From IMG/VR virus record IMGVR_UViG_3300025571_000012, positions 1-39,105 of that record: 39,105 nucleotides of DNA; one strand, given 5' to 3'. The notes under the pieces were generated by a model. The model did no database searches. It was not told where the DNA came from and saw only the letters and a program-made list of their open reading frames with translations. Shown here in pieces: positions 1-8,244 of this stretch. Position numbers and translations under genes: made by a program. The DNA is from a virus (lineage: Duplodnaviria; Caudoviricetes). Each line of letters starts with the position of its first letter. Position 1 is the first letter of the stretch.

Positions 1-909
1 CCAATTCAGGCGCGGCTTGAATTCTCTGGGCACGACGATGAGGAAGTTGAAGTATCGGAAGCTGCCCTTCTTGAACACGTAGAGAGGGATGGTCTTGACG
101 ATCTCCCCGGTATATCCGGTTTCCTCGCGCACCTCGCGGAGAGCGGCTTCCTTGGGGTCTTCGTTGGGATCAATTGCTCCGCCCCATCCTCCCCATGTGA
201 AAGGCTGCTCGACGAAGGCCGAACGGTGGGCAAGGAGGATGCGGCCGGTGTCCTGTGCAAGGACGATGGCGCCAGCCCCTCTGCGCCCCCAGAAGCCCGT
301 CTTTTCGAGGGCTGCTGAGTGATCGTCGTCGTCCCCCTCGGTGATCTTTGCCATGACACCTGCAAGGATTCTCTGGTGGTCCTTTCCGGCGCGCAGGCGG
401 TTGGCGAGGGCCACGGCGGGCGTTCCAACGAGGCGGACCTCATCGCTGGTCTTGTTGTCCCGGACTATCATGTTTCCAAGGTGATCAGCCTCGTACGAGA
501 AGCGATCCTCCATGGCTTTCCGGTACTCCTCAAGCATGAGTTCTTCGTGTTTGCGCTCGTCCTCAATACGGGTCGCAAGAGAGCGCAAAAGAAGCTCGAT
601 CTCGCTTTCAGAAATGCCGAGCTCGCGCGCCATCTTCCGGTATCCCCGTCTGGTGAGCCTGGCGCCGCTGAGGAACGCATCGTCGCTGATGCCTTCCTTG
701 TGCAGGAAGGCTCGGATTTCATCGACGATGTCGAGGGACTCATTGATGCGGCGGGGGTCGATAATAGGATTGTCCGCGTAGTTTCCGGTGTTTCGGATGG
801 CTGGTGCGCTATCCGAGCGGAAGTTGTGCGGAGCGATGCTCACGCATTTCTGCTGGGGATGCTTTTTCCGATAGTCGTAGTCGCCCTGTTCCGTGAGAAT
901 TCTTCTCAT
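1..909 (-). CDS. Nudix hydrolase domain protein with long N-terminal extension (3' end runs off the window)
   Basis: Not in the ORF track. Translated by hand from ATG 909 (ATGA overlap with the upstream stop), open to base 1. Starts MRRILTEQG and contains the Nudix box GGAIDPNEDPKEAALREVREETG. Confidence 0.85.
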   Translation of the reverse strand, partial: MRRILTEQGDYDYRKKHPQQKCVSIAPHNFRSDSAPAIRNTGNYADNPIIDPRRINESLDIVDEIRAFLHKEGISDDAFLSGARLTRRGYRKMARELGISESEIELLLRSLATRIEDERKHEELMLEEYRKAMEDRFSYEADHLGNMIVRDNKTSDEVRLVGTPAVALANRLRAGKDHQRILAGVMAKITEGDDDDHSAALEKTGFWGRRGAGAIVLAQDTGRILLAHRSAFVEQPFTWGGWGGAIDPNEDPKEAALREVREETGYTGEIVKTIPLYVFKKGSFRYFNFLIVVPREFKPRLNW

Positions 910-1658
910 TTTTTGACCTTCCGAATGCTGTCCGCACTGCGCGCCTTGACGTAGACGTTTCCGTTTCTCTGGTAGAGGCGGCGGTAGGTTTTCTTGTCAT
1001 CATCGAAGTTGCCCTGTGGCGCTGTTTCAGCCATTTCACCGTCGGATGTTCCGATGGTGGGACCTGGATCGGCAGGAACGTCCGACTTGGGCATGTCCTT
1101 CCAGCGGATGAGAGGATGGGGCGCATCGATCTTCATGGCCTCCTTCCTTTCCTCCTCGACACGCTTCAGGTAGCCAAGGAGGCGCCGGTTGAACTCGTCA
1201 CCAAAATACTTGTGGGGATCAATCTCCGGGGCTTCGGAGTAATGGGGATCGGCCATGAGGGCAGCGCGGGAAGCGCCTTCGTTCCGAGCTTCCTTGTCCA
1301 TCTCCCGCTTGGCGTTCGCCGCGATGGTCTGGTTCTCGATGGGGTCATTGGGAGCGACGACAACGATGAAGTCCTCCGGGATACCGAGGGCCATGCGCAG
1401 TTCCTGCTGCATGACGTAGGCGGACGCGGGCAGGCCGAGTTCAACATCGACGATGTAAACCTCGGATGCGACGATGGACGGGAAATCCAGCGGGTTCTTC
1501 TGGATGATGGTCTTCTTCGGCTGCGAGAGGGAGAGTGGGTTGTATTTGAGGATCGCGTGCTCGATGCGACCCATCTTGTCGTCGTCGAGCGGCACGATGG
1601 TCTTGATGCGGTAGTGATAGCTCTTTTCGACTTCGGCGAGATATTTCTGGATTCTCAT
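906..1658 (-). CDS. Conserved phage protein, probable virion component
   Basis: 250-aa ORF with TAAATA late promoter upstream, co-oriented with structural genes. Confidence 0.7.
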   Translation of the reverse strand: MRIQKYLAEVEKSYHYRIKTIVPLDDDKMGRIEHAILKYNPLSLSQPKKTIIQKNPLDFPSIVASEVYIVDVELGLPASAYVMQQELRMALGIPEDFIVVVAPNDPIENQTIAANAKREMDKEARNEGASRAALMADPHYSEAPEIDPHKYFGDEFNRRLLGYLKRVEEERKEAMKIDAPHPLIRWKDMPKSDVPADPGPTIGTSDGEMAETAPQGNFDDDKKTYRRLYQRNGNVYVKARSADSIRKVKK

Positions 1659-1683
1659 AACGGACCTTCGACGGATTATATCG

Positions 1684-1689
1684 TATTTA
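1684..1689 (-). promoter_or_regulatory. T4-like late promoter core TAAATA
   Basis: ATAAATA on the minus strand about 25 nt before ATG 1658; motif recurs before late genes. Confidence 0.65.
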
Positions 1690-1743
1690 TTGCTTGACGT
1701 TGTGACTCCTGGCTTTATATTTCTCTCGTGCTGGAGGTTAGTA

Positions 1744-2007
1744 ATGCGTCTGGTCGGTTTGCTTATAGCGTTGATCGTTTCTGGTCCTGCGCTCGCGAAC
1801 CCGAACTGCTTTTCCGTGAGCGGGAATGACCGCTACTTGTGTCTTGCTACAACGAGGAACAACGCGGCGTACTGCACCAGCATCCAGGAACGTGACGTGA
1901 GAATTTACTGCAACGTTCAGGTGACGGGGCGACGCGAGCAGTGTGGATCTATGTCGAGCAGCTACAATCGGAGACTTTGTCGCTTGGGGTTGCCGCCGAG
2001 GTATTGA
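1744..2007 (+). CDS. Small secreted Cys-rich protein
   Basis: GGAGG RBS before ATG 1744; signal peptide ending ALA; six regularly spaced Cys. Confidence 0.7.
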   Translation: MRLVGLLIALIVSGPALANPNCFSVSGNDRYLCLATTRNNAAYCTSIQERDVRIYCNVQVTGRREQCGSMSSSYNRRLCRLGLPPRY

Positions 2008-2364
2008 ATGATTTCGTCAAATTATTGGATTGAAGTATACGACAAGTCCTCGTCAATTGATGAATTTCTTGAACAAATTCTTCTGTCCATTGACTCACCT
2101 CCAATCTTCACCATTGTCGGCAAGCAGGACGGCGAGAATCTCAAGGGATGGCGAGTGAAGCTGGAGCTGACCACCGCCAGGGACAAGTTTTGGGAAACTG
2201 TTCAACTCCTAAGCGCGTTCATGGACATAGGAGTCTTCCAGGACGTGACAACGGAGCGGGTCCTTCTGGACGGTGGAATGACCGGCCAGCTCACCGGATT
2301 CATCAAGGCGGAAACACTTTCGGCCTACTGGATTGCGGAGAAATTCGAACAAGAGATTGTTTAG
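2008..2364 (+). CDS. Hypothetical protein
   Basis: 118-aa ORF directly abutting the upstream gene. Confidence 0.6.
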   Translation: MISSNYWIEVYDKSSSIDEFLEQILLSIDSPPIFTIVGKQDGENLKGWRVKLELTTARDKFWETVQLLSAFMDIGVFQDVTTERVLLDGGMTGQLTGFIKAETLSAYWIAEKFEQEIV

Positions 2365-2837
2365 TCGTCGCTCTTCAGCCGCTTTAGAAGTTCGTTGCGG
2401 TTCTCGACGATAACGGCTGACGCATCGATGACTTCGTCTGATGGCGCGGATGGAGTGGTCGTCCGCGCCATATCAATTTTCATCTGGTTTTGCATGAGCT
2501 TGATTGCCTTCAGTTGGGCCTCTCGCTTCGCATTGGCGGCATCGAGCGCGACCTTGTAGACGCTTGCAGCTACCTCGAACATGCGCGGGGCGCGAGCCGG
2601 GTCCATGTTGAAACCGAGGTCCATGATGGACTGGGCGTGCCTGATCGTCTCGTCGAACAGCATGTCCATTTTCCGAGCGTGATCGGCCCCCTCCACCAGT
2701 TCGGCAGAATACGGAAGATCGTTTCGAAGAGCGATTGCTTTCGTCTCGGGAGTGATCTCCTCTGCATTTTCCTCGTCATTCGTCATCATCTCGTCGAGGT
2801 GAGGCAAACCAAGTGCATCTTCCAGAAACTTTGTCAT
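2361..2837 (-). CDS. Putative terminase small subunit (T4 gp16-like)
   Basis: 158 aa, helical, with PRMFEVAA and C-terminal NRNELLKRLK resembling gp16-family motifs; downstream of the gp4-like gene. Confidence 0.5.
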   Translation of the reverse strand: MTKFLEDALGLPHLDEMMTNDEENAEEITPETKAIALRNDLPYSAELVEGADHARKMDMLFDETIRHAQSIMDLGFNMDPARAPRMFEVAASVYKVALDAANAKREAQLKAIKLMQNQMKIDMARTTTPSAPSDEVIDASAVIVENRNELLKRLKSDD

Positions 2838-2841
2838 GCAA

Positions 2842-3306
2842 CTATTTACCCATATTGAATAGGGTCTTTTCCGTAGCGACGCGGAACTTCCACCCTCTCT
2901 TGGCGCAGAAAGCTACGGCCGCCTTCCATTTTGCGGCGTTGATGACCTGAGTGAGGCGGGTCTGCTCTGACAGTCTCTTGGGCTTACCTGTTCTTTCCGA
3001 TATTTCCTGATAGCCGGGGATTTCCTTGAGCGGCTTTATCTCGATGACTTCGATGTGCTGCTTGCCGGTTTTGTCGATGTAGATGACGAGAAAGTCGGGT
3101 TTGTAGATCGTCGAGCGATTGGTCAGAGGGTTGATATACGGGATATCGACGCACTCTGAACTCCATCCGAGGACGTTCGGGTGGCGGTCGAAAAGACGCA
3201 TTGCGGCCAGCTCCCACGAGCTGCGAAAGATGATGTTGTTGAGGTTACGGCCGATGTATTTCTGCGGGTTTTTCGGCGTAAAAACGTCCTTCGCGGTCTT
3301 GGCCAT
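2842..3306 (-). CDS. Head completion nuclease (T4 gp4-like, TnsA-type PD-(D/E)XK)
   Basis: PKNPQKYIG, FRSSWE, WSSE, YKPDF, EIKP and NAAKWKAA motifs. Confidence 0.9.
   Translation of the reverse strand: MAKTAKDVFTPKNPQKYIGRNLNNIIFRSSWELAAMRLFDRHPNVLGWSSECVDIPYINPLTNRSTIYKPDFLVIYIDKTGKQHIEVIEIKPLKEIPGYQEISERTGKPKRLSEQTRLTQVINAAKWKAAVAFCAKRGWKFRVATEKTLFNMGK
2843..2848 (-). promoter_or_regulatory. Late promoter TAAATA, 5 nt before ATG 2837
   Basis: TAAATA-gttgc-ATG on the minus strand. Confidence 0.6.
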
Positions 3307-3307
3307 A

Positions 3308-4831
3308 TCAGCTGTTTTTCGGTTTACCCAGATGTTTAGGATTCAGCGATATCGTTTTGGTACCCTTGACGTTTTCGTTGACGCCGATCTGGCTCGCGGG
3401 ACTTCTCTGAGCGTTCAGGATTCCATACGTTTCCCTGGTCAGGGTGATGCCCTGACCGTCGGTTGAAGACCAGGCGTTCTGGACCCTGTCGGAGCCGCCG
3501 TCAGCGACGAGCGGAGCCGTTCCTTCAGGGTGCTTGACCCGGAACCTTGCTGGCTGGCGCGTCTGCACGGCAGGGGGCGATCCAGCGTCGCCGGGAGAGC
3601 GATTGAAGACGTGCTCCCTCGGGCTGGATGAAGTCGCCTCCGCCGCCGAAATGACGCCGAAGACGACTGCATCCTGCATGTACTGACTGTCGATCCGGCC
3701 GTAGTTCGAGCCGATGGACGAGACCGCCGAGCGGGCAATGTCGTATGTGCCTTGAGATATCGCTGACGGCGTGCTGGGGGAGCCAGAGAGAACCGTAGAG
3801 GTGGCCTCGGCGGCCGCCTGCCTCGTTCTGGACAGCCGGAGTGCGGACGCTAGCGCTGGATTGCTCAGTGCGGCGAGAGAAAGGTCGCTCGCGGTGCTCT
3901 GGCTGGCGTGCGAGCCGGATACGAGCGAACCAAAATTGTAAGAGCCGTAGGAAGCCAGCGCTCCCGAGGAGGAGGAACTGGAGCTGTAGGTACGCAGTTC
4001 GGGAGTGGTGACCTGAGGGTTGGTCCACTGCACGGTTTGGGCCACGGCCATTTCCGTGCCAGTTCCGTTGCTGATGTTCGCTACGACGGCACCGCTGGTG
4101 ACATCGATAACATCGCCGTTGAACTTGGTGACATCCTGGAAGGCTGAGAGGAGGAATTCGTTCGCCATCAATGGCTGCGGGATGGAGTCATTGGCGTAGA
4201 TGATAGCTTCGCACGCGAGGGTCACGCCGACTGTTGACACTTCGGCCGATGAATAATCGAGGTCACTCGACACGAAGCTCATGATACGTGGGTTTATCAG
4301 ATCAGTCTGGACGTATTGGTTTCCGAATACCTCATAAATCTGGATAGTTTCAAAAAAGAAGTGACTGTTGAATTCGTTCTCTGTCGCTCCGACTCCAGAC
4401 GACGTGATAGGCGCGTAGCCGAAGCCTCCTCCGCTGTCCATGAACTCGTCGGTCATGACATCGTACTTGAAATCGGAGAGGTTCTCTGCGTGGCGGAAAT
4501 CACCAAAATGAAACCTCGCGTATTCCGCCCACATCCGCTTCGCCATGGAGTCAGCGGTATCATAAAACTCGATGCGGACAGGAGTTATTTTGAAGCCTGT
4601 TTGGACGAGACGCTTCTTGTTGTACTGGTGAAGCTCTTCAATTCTGACATCAACATTAGGACGATCGACATGTCGAACCAGAAAAGGCAGGTCCTTCTGC
4701 CAGAGCGAGCCTGCGCCACCCCCTGCCCTACGGAAATTCACGATGAAAAGGTGCTTCTGCCTCGGCGGAGATTTACCGCCGAGGCTAAAGACTGCACTAG
4801 CCTGTCTGGGGGACCGAAAGACCCTATCCAT
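3308..4831 (-). CDS. Tail tube-like protein (tube paralog or initiator) with Ser/Ala-rich C-terminal extension
   Basis: N-terminal VRHVDRP...QYNKKRLVQ...PVRIEFYDT...LDYS follows the gp19-like pattern; immediately downstream of the tube gene. Confidence 0.7.
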   Translation of the reverse strand: MDRVFRSPRQASAVFSLGGKSPPRQKHLFIVNFRRAGGGAGSLWQKDLPFLVRHVDRPNVDVRIEELHQYNKKRLVQTGFKITPVRIEFYDTADSMAKRMWAEYARFHFGDFRHAENLSDFKYDVMTDEFMDSGGGFGYAPITSSGVGATENEFNSHFFFETIQIYEVFGNQYVQTDLINPRIMSFVSSDLDYSSAEVSTVGVTLACEAIIYANDSIPQPLMANEFLLSAFQDVTKFNGDVIDVTSGAVVANISNGTGTEMAVAQTVQWTNPQVTTPELRTYSSSSSSSGALASYGSYNFGSLVSGSHASQSTASDLSLAALSNPALASALRLSRTRQAAAEATSTVLSGSPSTPSAISQGTYDIARSAVSSIGSNYGRIDSQYMQDAVVFGVISAAEATSSSPREHVFNRSPGDAGSPPAVQTRQPARFRVKHPEGTAPLVADGGSDRVQNAWSSTDGQGITLTRETYGILNAQRSPASQIGVNENVKGTKTISLNPKHLGKPKNS

Positions 4832-4834
4832 ATC

Positions 4835-5416
4835 TTAAATCTGGGGGCCGGACTTGAGTTCCGGCGTGATCGGCATGAGACCCTCGGTCTGGGTGGCGTT
4901 GTCGTAGCGGATCGACATGGAGATGGTCATGGGTTCCGCAGTCGAGTAGTCGAAGCCATCGTAGTTGATGTTTTCGAGGAAGCACCCTTCGAGTTCCCAA
5001 CGTTCCAGAACCGTATCGTCTCCGCCGTCCAGCGTCTCGATATACATCTCGAACTTGTAATTCGAGCCAGCGAGTGAGTTCGTCTGCTGGAAGTGGTTGA
5101 GCTGCTTCTGCGACTGGTGGCCAACAAGTCTGGCGACAGAGTTGGTCACATCATCACGGACTGTTAGTTCAACCGCGTCCCAGTTGTGCTTACCGGCATA
5201 GTAAGCGACGGAGTGGTAGCTGTGGACTTCAACCGCGCTGTAAGAGATTGACGGTCGTGAAACGCTGACAACCTGCTGGGTCAACTCAAGACCACCAGAA
5301 ATCGGGCCGAAATTGATGACGCGAACGCGGAAGCGATGCTTCGGCTTCGGCTGAAGGATGCCGCCGCGACCAGCGCCACTTCCAAGCGGAACGCCAAAAT
5401 TCTGCAACGTTGACAT
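4835..5416 (-). CDS. Tail tube protein (T4 gp19-like)
   Basis: LQPKPKHRFRV, YYAGKHNW, VRDD, WELEGCF and IRYDNA motifs; GGAGG RBS. Confidence 0.9.
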   Translation of the reverse strand: MSTLQNFGVPLGSGAGRGGILQPKPKHRFRVRVINFGPISGGLELTQQVVSVSRPSISYSAVEVHSYHSVAYYAGKHNWDAVELTVRDDVTNSVARLVGHQSQKQLNHFQQTNSLAGSNYKFEMYIETLDGGDDTVLERWELEGCFLENINYDGFDYSTAEPMTISMSIRYDNATQTEGLMPITPELKSGPQI

Positions 5417-5454
5417 TAAGTATTCCTCCCCATTGGGATTGTTCTTGTTTCAAA

Positions 5455-5500
5455 TATTTATGCCTACCCATTAACTGCGGTGTTTATGCGATATTAAATA
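5455..5500. promoter_or_regulatory. Divergent pair of TAAATA late promoters
   Basis: TAAATA on minus at 5455-5460 (tube gene) and on plus at 5495-5500 (ORF 5546). Confidence 0.6.
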
Positions 5501-5545
5501 GAGACCGTCCCGCCTGAAATTTACGTTTTTACAGCTGGATGCGAC

Positions 5546-6067
5546 ATGCACGGCAGAGACATTATTTCGCTATTGCTTTATGAGGCCGGGAGAAAGTCCG
5601 AGATTGCAGCTTTGGTCAAACGAGTGGAGGCACTGACCGATGAAGAGATTGCGTCGGCCCCCGTCCCTCTCCCGTGGTATCGGAAGGCTCTCACTGAGCT
5701 TCGCAAACGCAGTATCGCGGAACGTCTGGCGGATGTGATGGTTCGAGCGTCGAACGGCACAAACCCGGATGTCTCCGGCATTGTCAGACGCTGTCTGGGC
5801 CCCCTTTGGGTGAAGGGACGGTTCTCCCAACTCCAAGTTCTACCAGGCCAGCTCGTGTTCTTTCCCGAGGCGGGAGGCATGTGGATCGGCACGTCCTATT
5901 TCGAGGAGCCAGACCAGGAGCTTCTGCGGAATGGGGAGTATGTGACCGCAACAACGTTCTCGATCTACAAGATGATGGAGAAGGAACGCATTGCGATGAA
6001 CGTTGCCACTTCAGCGAGTTCATCTGATATTGGCCCTACGTTTGGTGTGCGGATAACGCGGACCTGA
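5546..6067 (+). CDS. Hypothetical late protein
   Basis: 173-aa ORF after TAAATA; N-terminal LYE motif. Confidence 0.65.
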   Translation: MHGRDIISLLLYEAGRKSEIAALVKRVEALTDEEIASAPVPLPWYRKALTELRKRSIAERLADVMVRASNGTNPDVSGIVRRCLGPLWVKGRFSQLQVLPGQLVFFPEAGGMWIGTSYFEEPDQELLRNGEYVTATTFSIYKMMEKERIAMNVATSASSSDIGPTFGVRITRT

Positions 6068-6252
6068 AAGAAAAGGCGGCCGATGGCCGCGAGCAACGAA
6101 GCACACCCCAATGGCACGGCGAAATGGGCAGACGGGATGCGGCCATGTCTGGCAAAGGGACGCGGTCCGGTTCGAGGATGTAAGTTACTTCGTCCAATTG
6201 CCACACGACACCTCTGACCTTTAATATGTCCTAGGGTATTGGGGAATGGCGC

Positions 6253-6573
6253 ATGTTCTGTCGTGCAGTTGGGGCAACGGCTCTCGTTTTCGTACTCATT
6301 TCGAACGGGTTTGCGGAAAGCGGAGTGGTCGTCCTGGAGGACACCCCGTCTTGTGACCACTTCGTAATCGAGACTTCTCGTGGCTACACTTTGGCCGAAT
6401 GGTACGGAGGCGTTAATTCGATCTGGGAGGGAGACGGGGTATACGGAAACCTGTCTACATATGGATTCCATACAATTTATATAGATGGACGTGGCGAGAT
6501 GCGGGTTTGGATAGACGACTATTGGGAGAGTCGCGCTGTCGCACTGAAGTACTTCTACAGGCATTGCAAATGA
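6253..6573 (+). CDS. Small secreted protein
   Basis: Signal peptide (GFA-E), two Cys in the mature part, beta-rich. Confidence 0.7.
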   Translation: MFCRAVGATALVFVLISNGFAESGVVVLEDTPSCDHFVIETSRGYTLAEWYGGVNSIWEGDGVYGNLSTYGFHTIYIDGRGEMRVWIDDYWESRAVALKYFYRHCK

Positions 6574-6662
6574 AGAGAGCAACTCTTCTGTCGCCGTACC
6601 ATCCGATCTGGAGACTTGAATTCAGCAGTAACACCATTTCCCATTAGGAATGGAGGTATCGA

Positions 6663-8144
6663 ATGGCTACGTACTTCAACGAGTACTTTAATGTCTCGCG
6701 TGAAGCAGTTGACAAATATGGAGCCTTCAACATCTCCCTAATCAACGACCTCCCCCTCTTCATCGATCCATTCCTTCTATTTCATAGTCAAAACCCGCAG
6801 TATCAGAAACTCCATCAAGACATTCTAAGATACGTAATGTTTCTAAGAGACCGCGTTGTTTCTGGTAAAATCAACAGCGATCTGAAGAAGGCGTGGTTTT
6901 TCTTTCCGGAGGTTCGCCAGAACTGGCTCGGATTTTCGAAAGTGGGAAACGGCGGTACTGGGCTAGGTAAGGATTTTGCCGACTCTCTGATTAAGAATCT
7001 CAAAGTTTTATTTTCCGACTTTGGCAGTGAACAAATTACCAAGGGCAGCCACATTGAAAAGGTCTGCCTGGTTGATGACCGAGTTGGTAGGGATAACATT
7101 AGCGATTTTACCACAAACCTTATCAAGCACTACCTTTGTGAATACACTCAAGAATTTGCGCGTAAGAATATAGCACCCCATCTGCGAAAAGTGGTCTGGG
7201 TTGAGAAAGCAGTATTCGACTATCAGACTACGTCCTGGCAGCGCCGTCAATATGAACTGCCATGGCTTGAGGAGGACCGTGATTATGTCCTTCTGACCCC
7301 TAAAGACATTTTGACGCGCGACGAAAACTGGATCAACAAGACTGACATGGTCCGCGACTTCGATAGCATTCCAAAAGCTATCCCAGATAGTGAGCTTCGT
7401 GGACAGGTGTTCGCATACTTCGAAGATCAGCTTCGCAAGGACGTAAAGGACGGAAAAGAGCCCACTCAGGCTGAGAGGAAACAGGCTGCAATTAAGACAT
7501 TCATCAAGTTTCCCATGCTGGTCGATTACTATATCCGGCACAAGGAAAACAACGGCGACAAAGCAATAGATATAAGCGCTGATCGAGTGCGCGAAACACA
7601 AACTATATTTGAGGATCAGCTCCGTGAGTTGCGGCGCGAACTTGCGAAACTAACGAATTTCTACAATCTTGCGGGGAGCACATACGAAGAAACCCATCTC
7701 CGGATTGCCTACCTGAAGGATGTCATTGAAACCAAAGGGGGGCATCGATTTTTCTGGCACGATGGCAAACCAATTCATCGAGAGAGTGATCTGCACGTAC
7801 TTACAAGACTCGTGTGGTTTGGCTCTCCTTCAGACGTCGGCACGGAAGCTAATGATGGGCGTGGACCAGTTGACTTTAAGATTTCGCGGGGCGCCCTCGA
7901 TAAGACCCTTGTCGAAATGAAACTGGCCAAGAACACATCCCTTGAAAGGAACTTGCTAAAACAGTTGGGCATCTATCAGGCGGCAAGTGATGCCAAGCAT
8001 GGCATTAAAGTCATCATATACTTCAGTGATGAAGAGAAGAAGCGCGTTGATGCGATTCTAAAGAAACTGAATTTGGTTGGGCATAGGGATGTCGTTTTGA
8101 TCGATGCTCGGGCGGACAATAAGCCGTCTGGTTCGAAGGCCTAG
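6663..8144 (+). CDS. PD-(D/E)XK nuclease-like protein (restriction/defence-like)
   Basis: GGAGG RBS; N-terminal DLPLFIDPFLL; C-terminal E-x4-GRGPVDF...LVEMKLA nuclease motif; visibly more AT-rich than flanks. Confidence 0.75.
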   Translation: MATYFNEYFNVSREAVDKYGAFNISLINDLPLFIDPFLLFHSQNPQYQKLHQDILRYVMFLRDRVVSGKINSDLKKAWFFFPEVRQNWLGFSKVGNGGTGLGKDFADSLIKNLKVLFSDFGSEQITKGSHIEKVCLVDDRVGRDNISDFTTNLIKHYLCEYTQEFARKNIAPHLRKVVWVEKAVFDYQTTSWQRRQYELPWLEEDRDYVLLTPKDILTRDENWINKTDMVRDFDSIPKAIPDSELRGQVFAYFEDQLRKDVKDGKEPTQAERKQAAIKTFIKFPMLVDYYIRHKENNGDKAIDISADRVRETQTIFEDQLRELRRELAKLTNFYNLAGSTYEETHLRIAYLKDVIETKGGHRFFWHDGKPIHRESDLHVLTRLVWFGSPSDVGTEANDGRGPVDFKISRGALDKTLVEMKLAKNTSLERNLLKQLGIYQAASDAKHGIKVIIYFSDEEKKRVDAILKKLNLVGHRDVVLIDARADNKPSGSKA

Positions 8145-8164
8145 ATAACTGAGCTCATAGCTTT

Positions 8165-8226
8165 GAACTCAGCACCTGATATGTGGAGCAGGCTCCTGCT
8201 CCACATATCAGTGAATGGCTGAGTTC
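8165..8226. terminator. Long inverted repeat between convergent genes
   Basis: Perfect 16-bp arms 8176-8191/8196-8211 plus outer GAACTCAGC/GCTGAGTTC; no clear U tract. Confidence 0.55.
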
Positions 8227-8244
8227 GACGGCCACCTATTTTCA

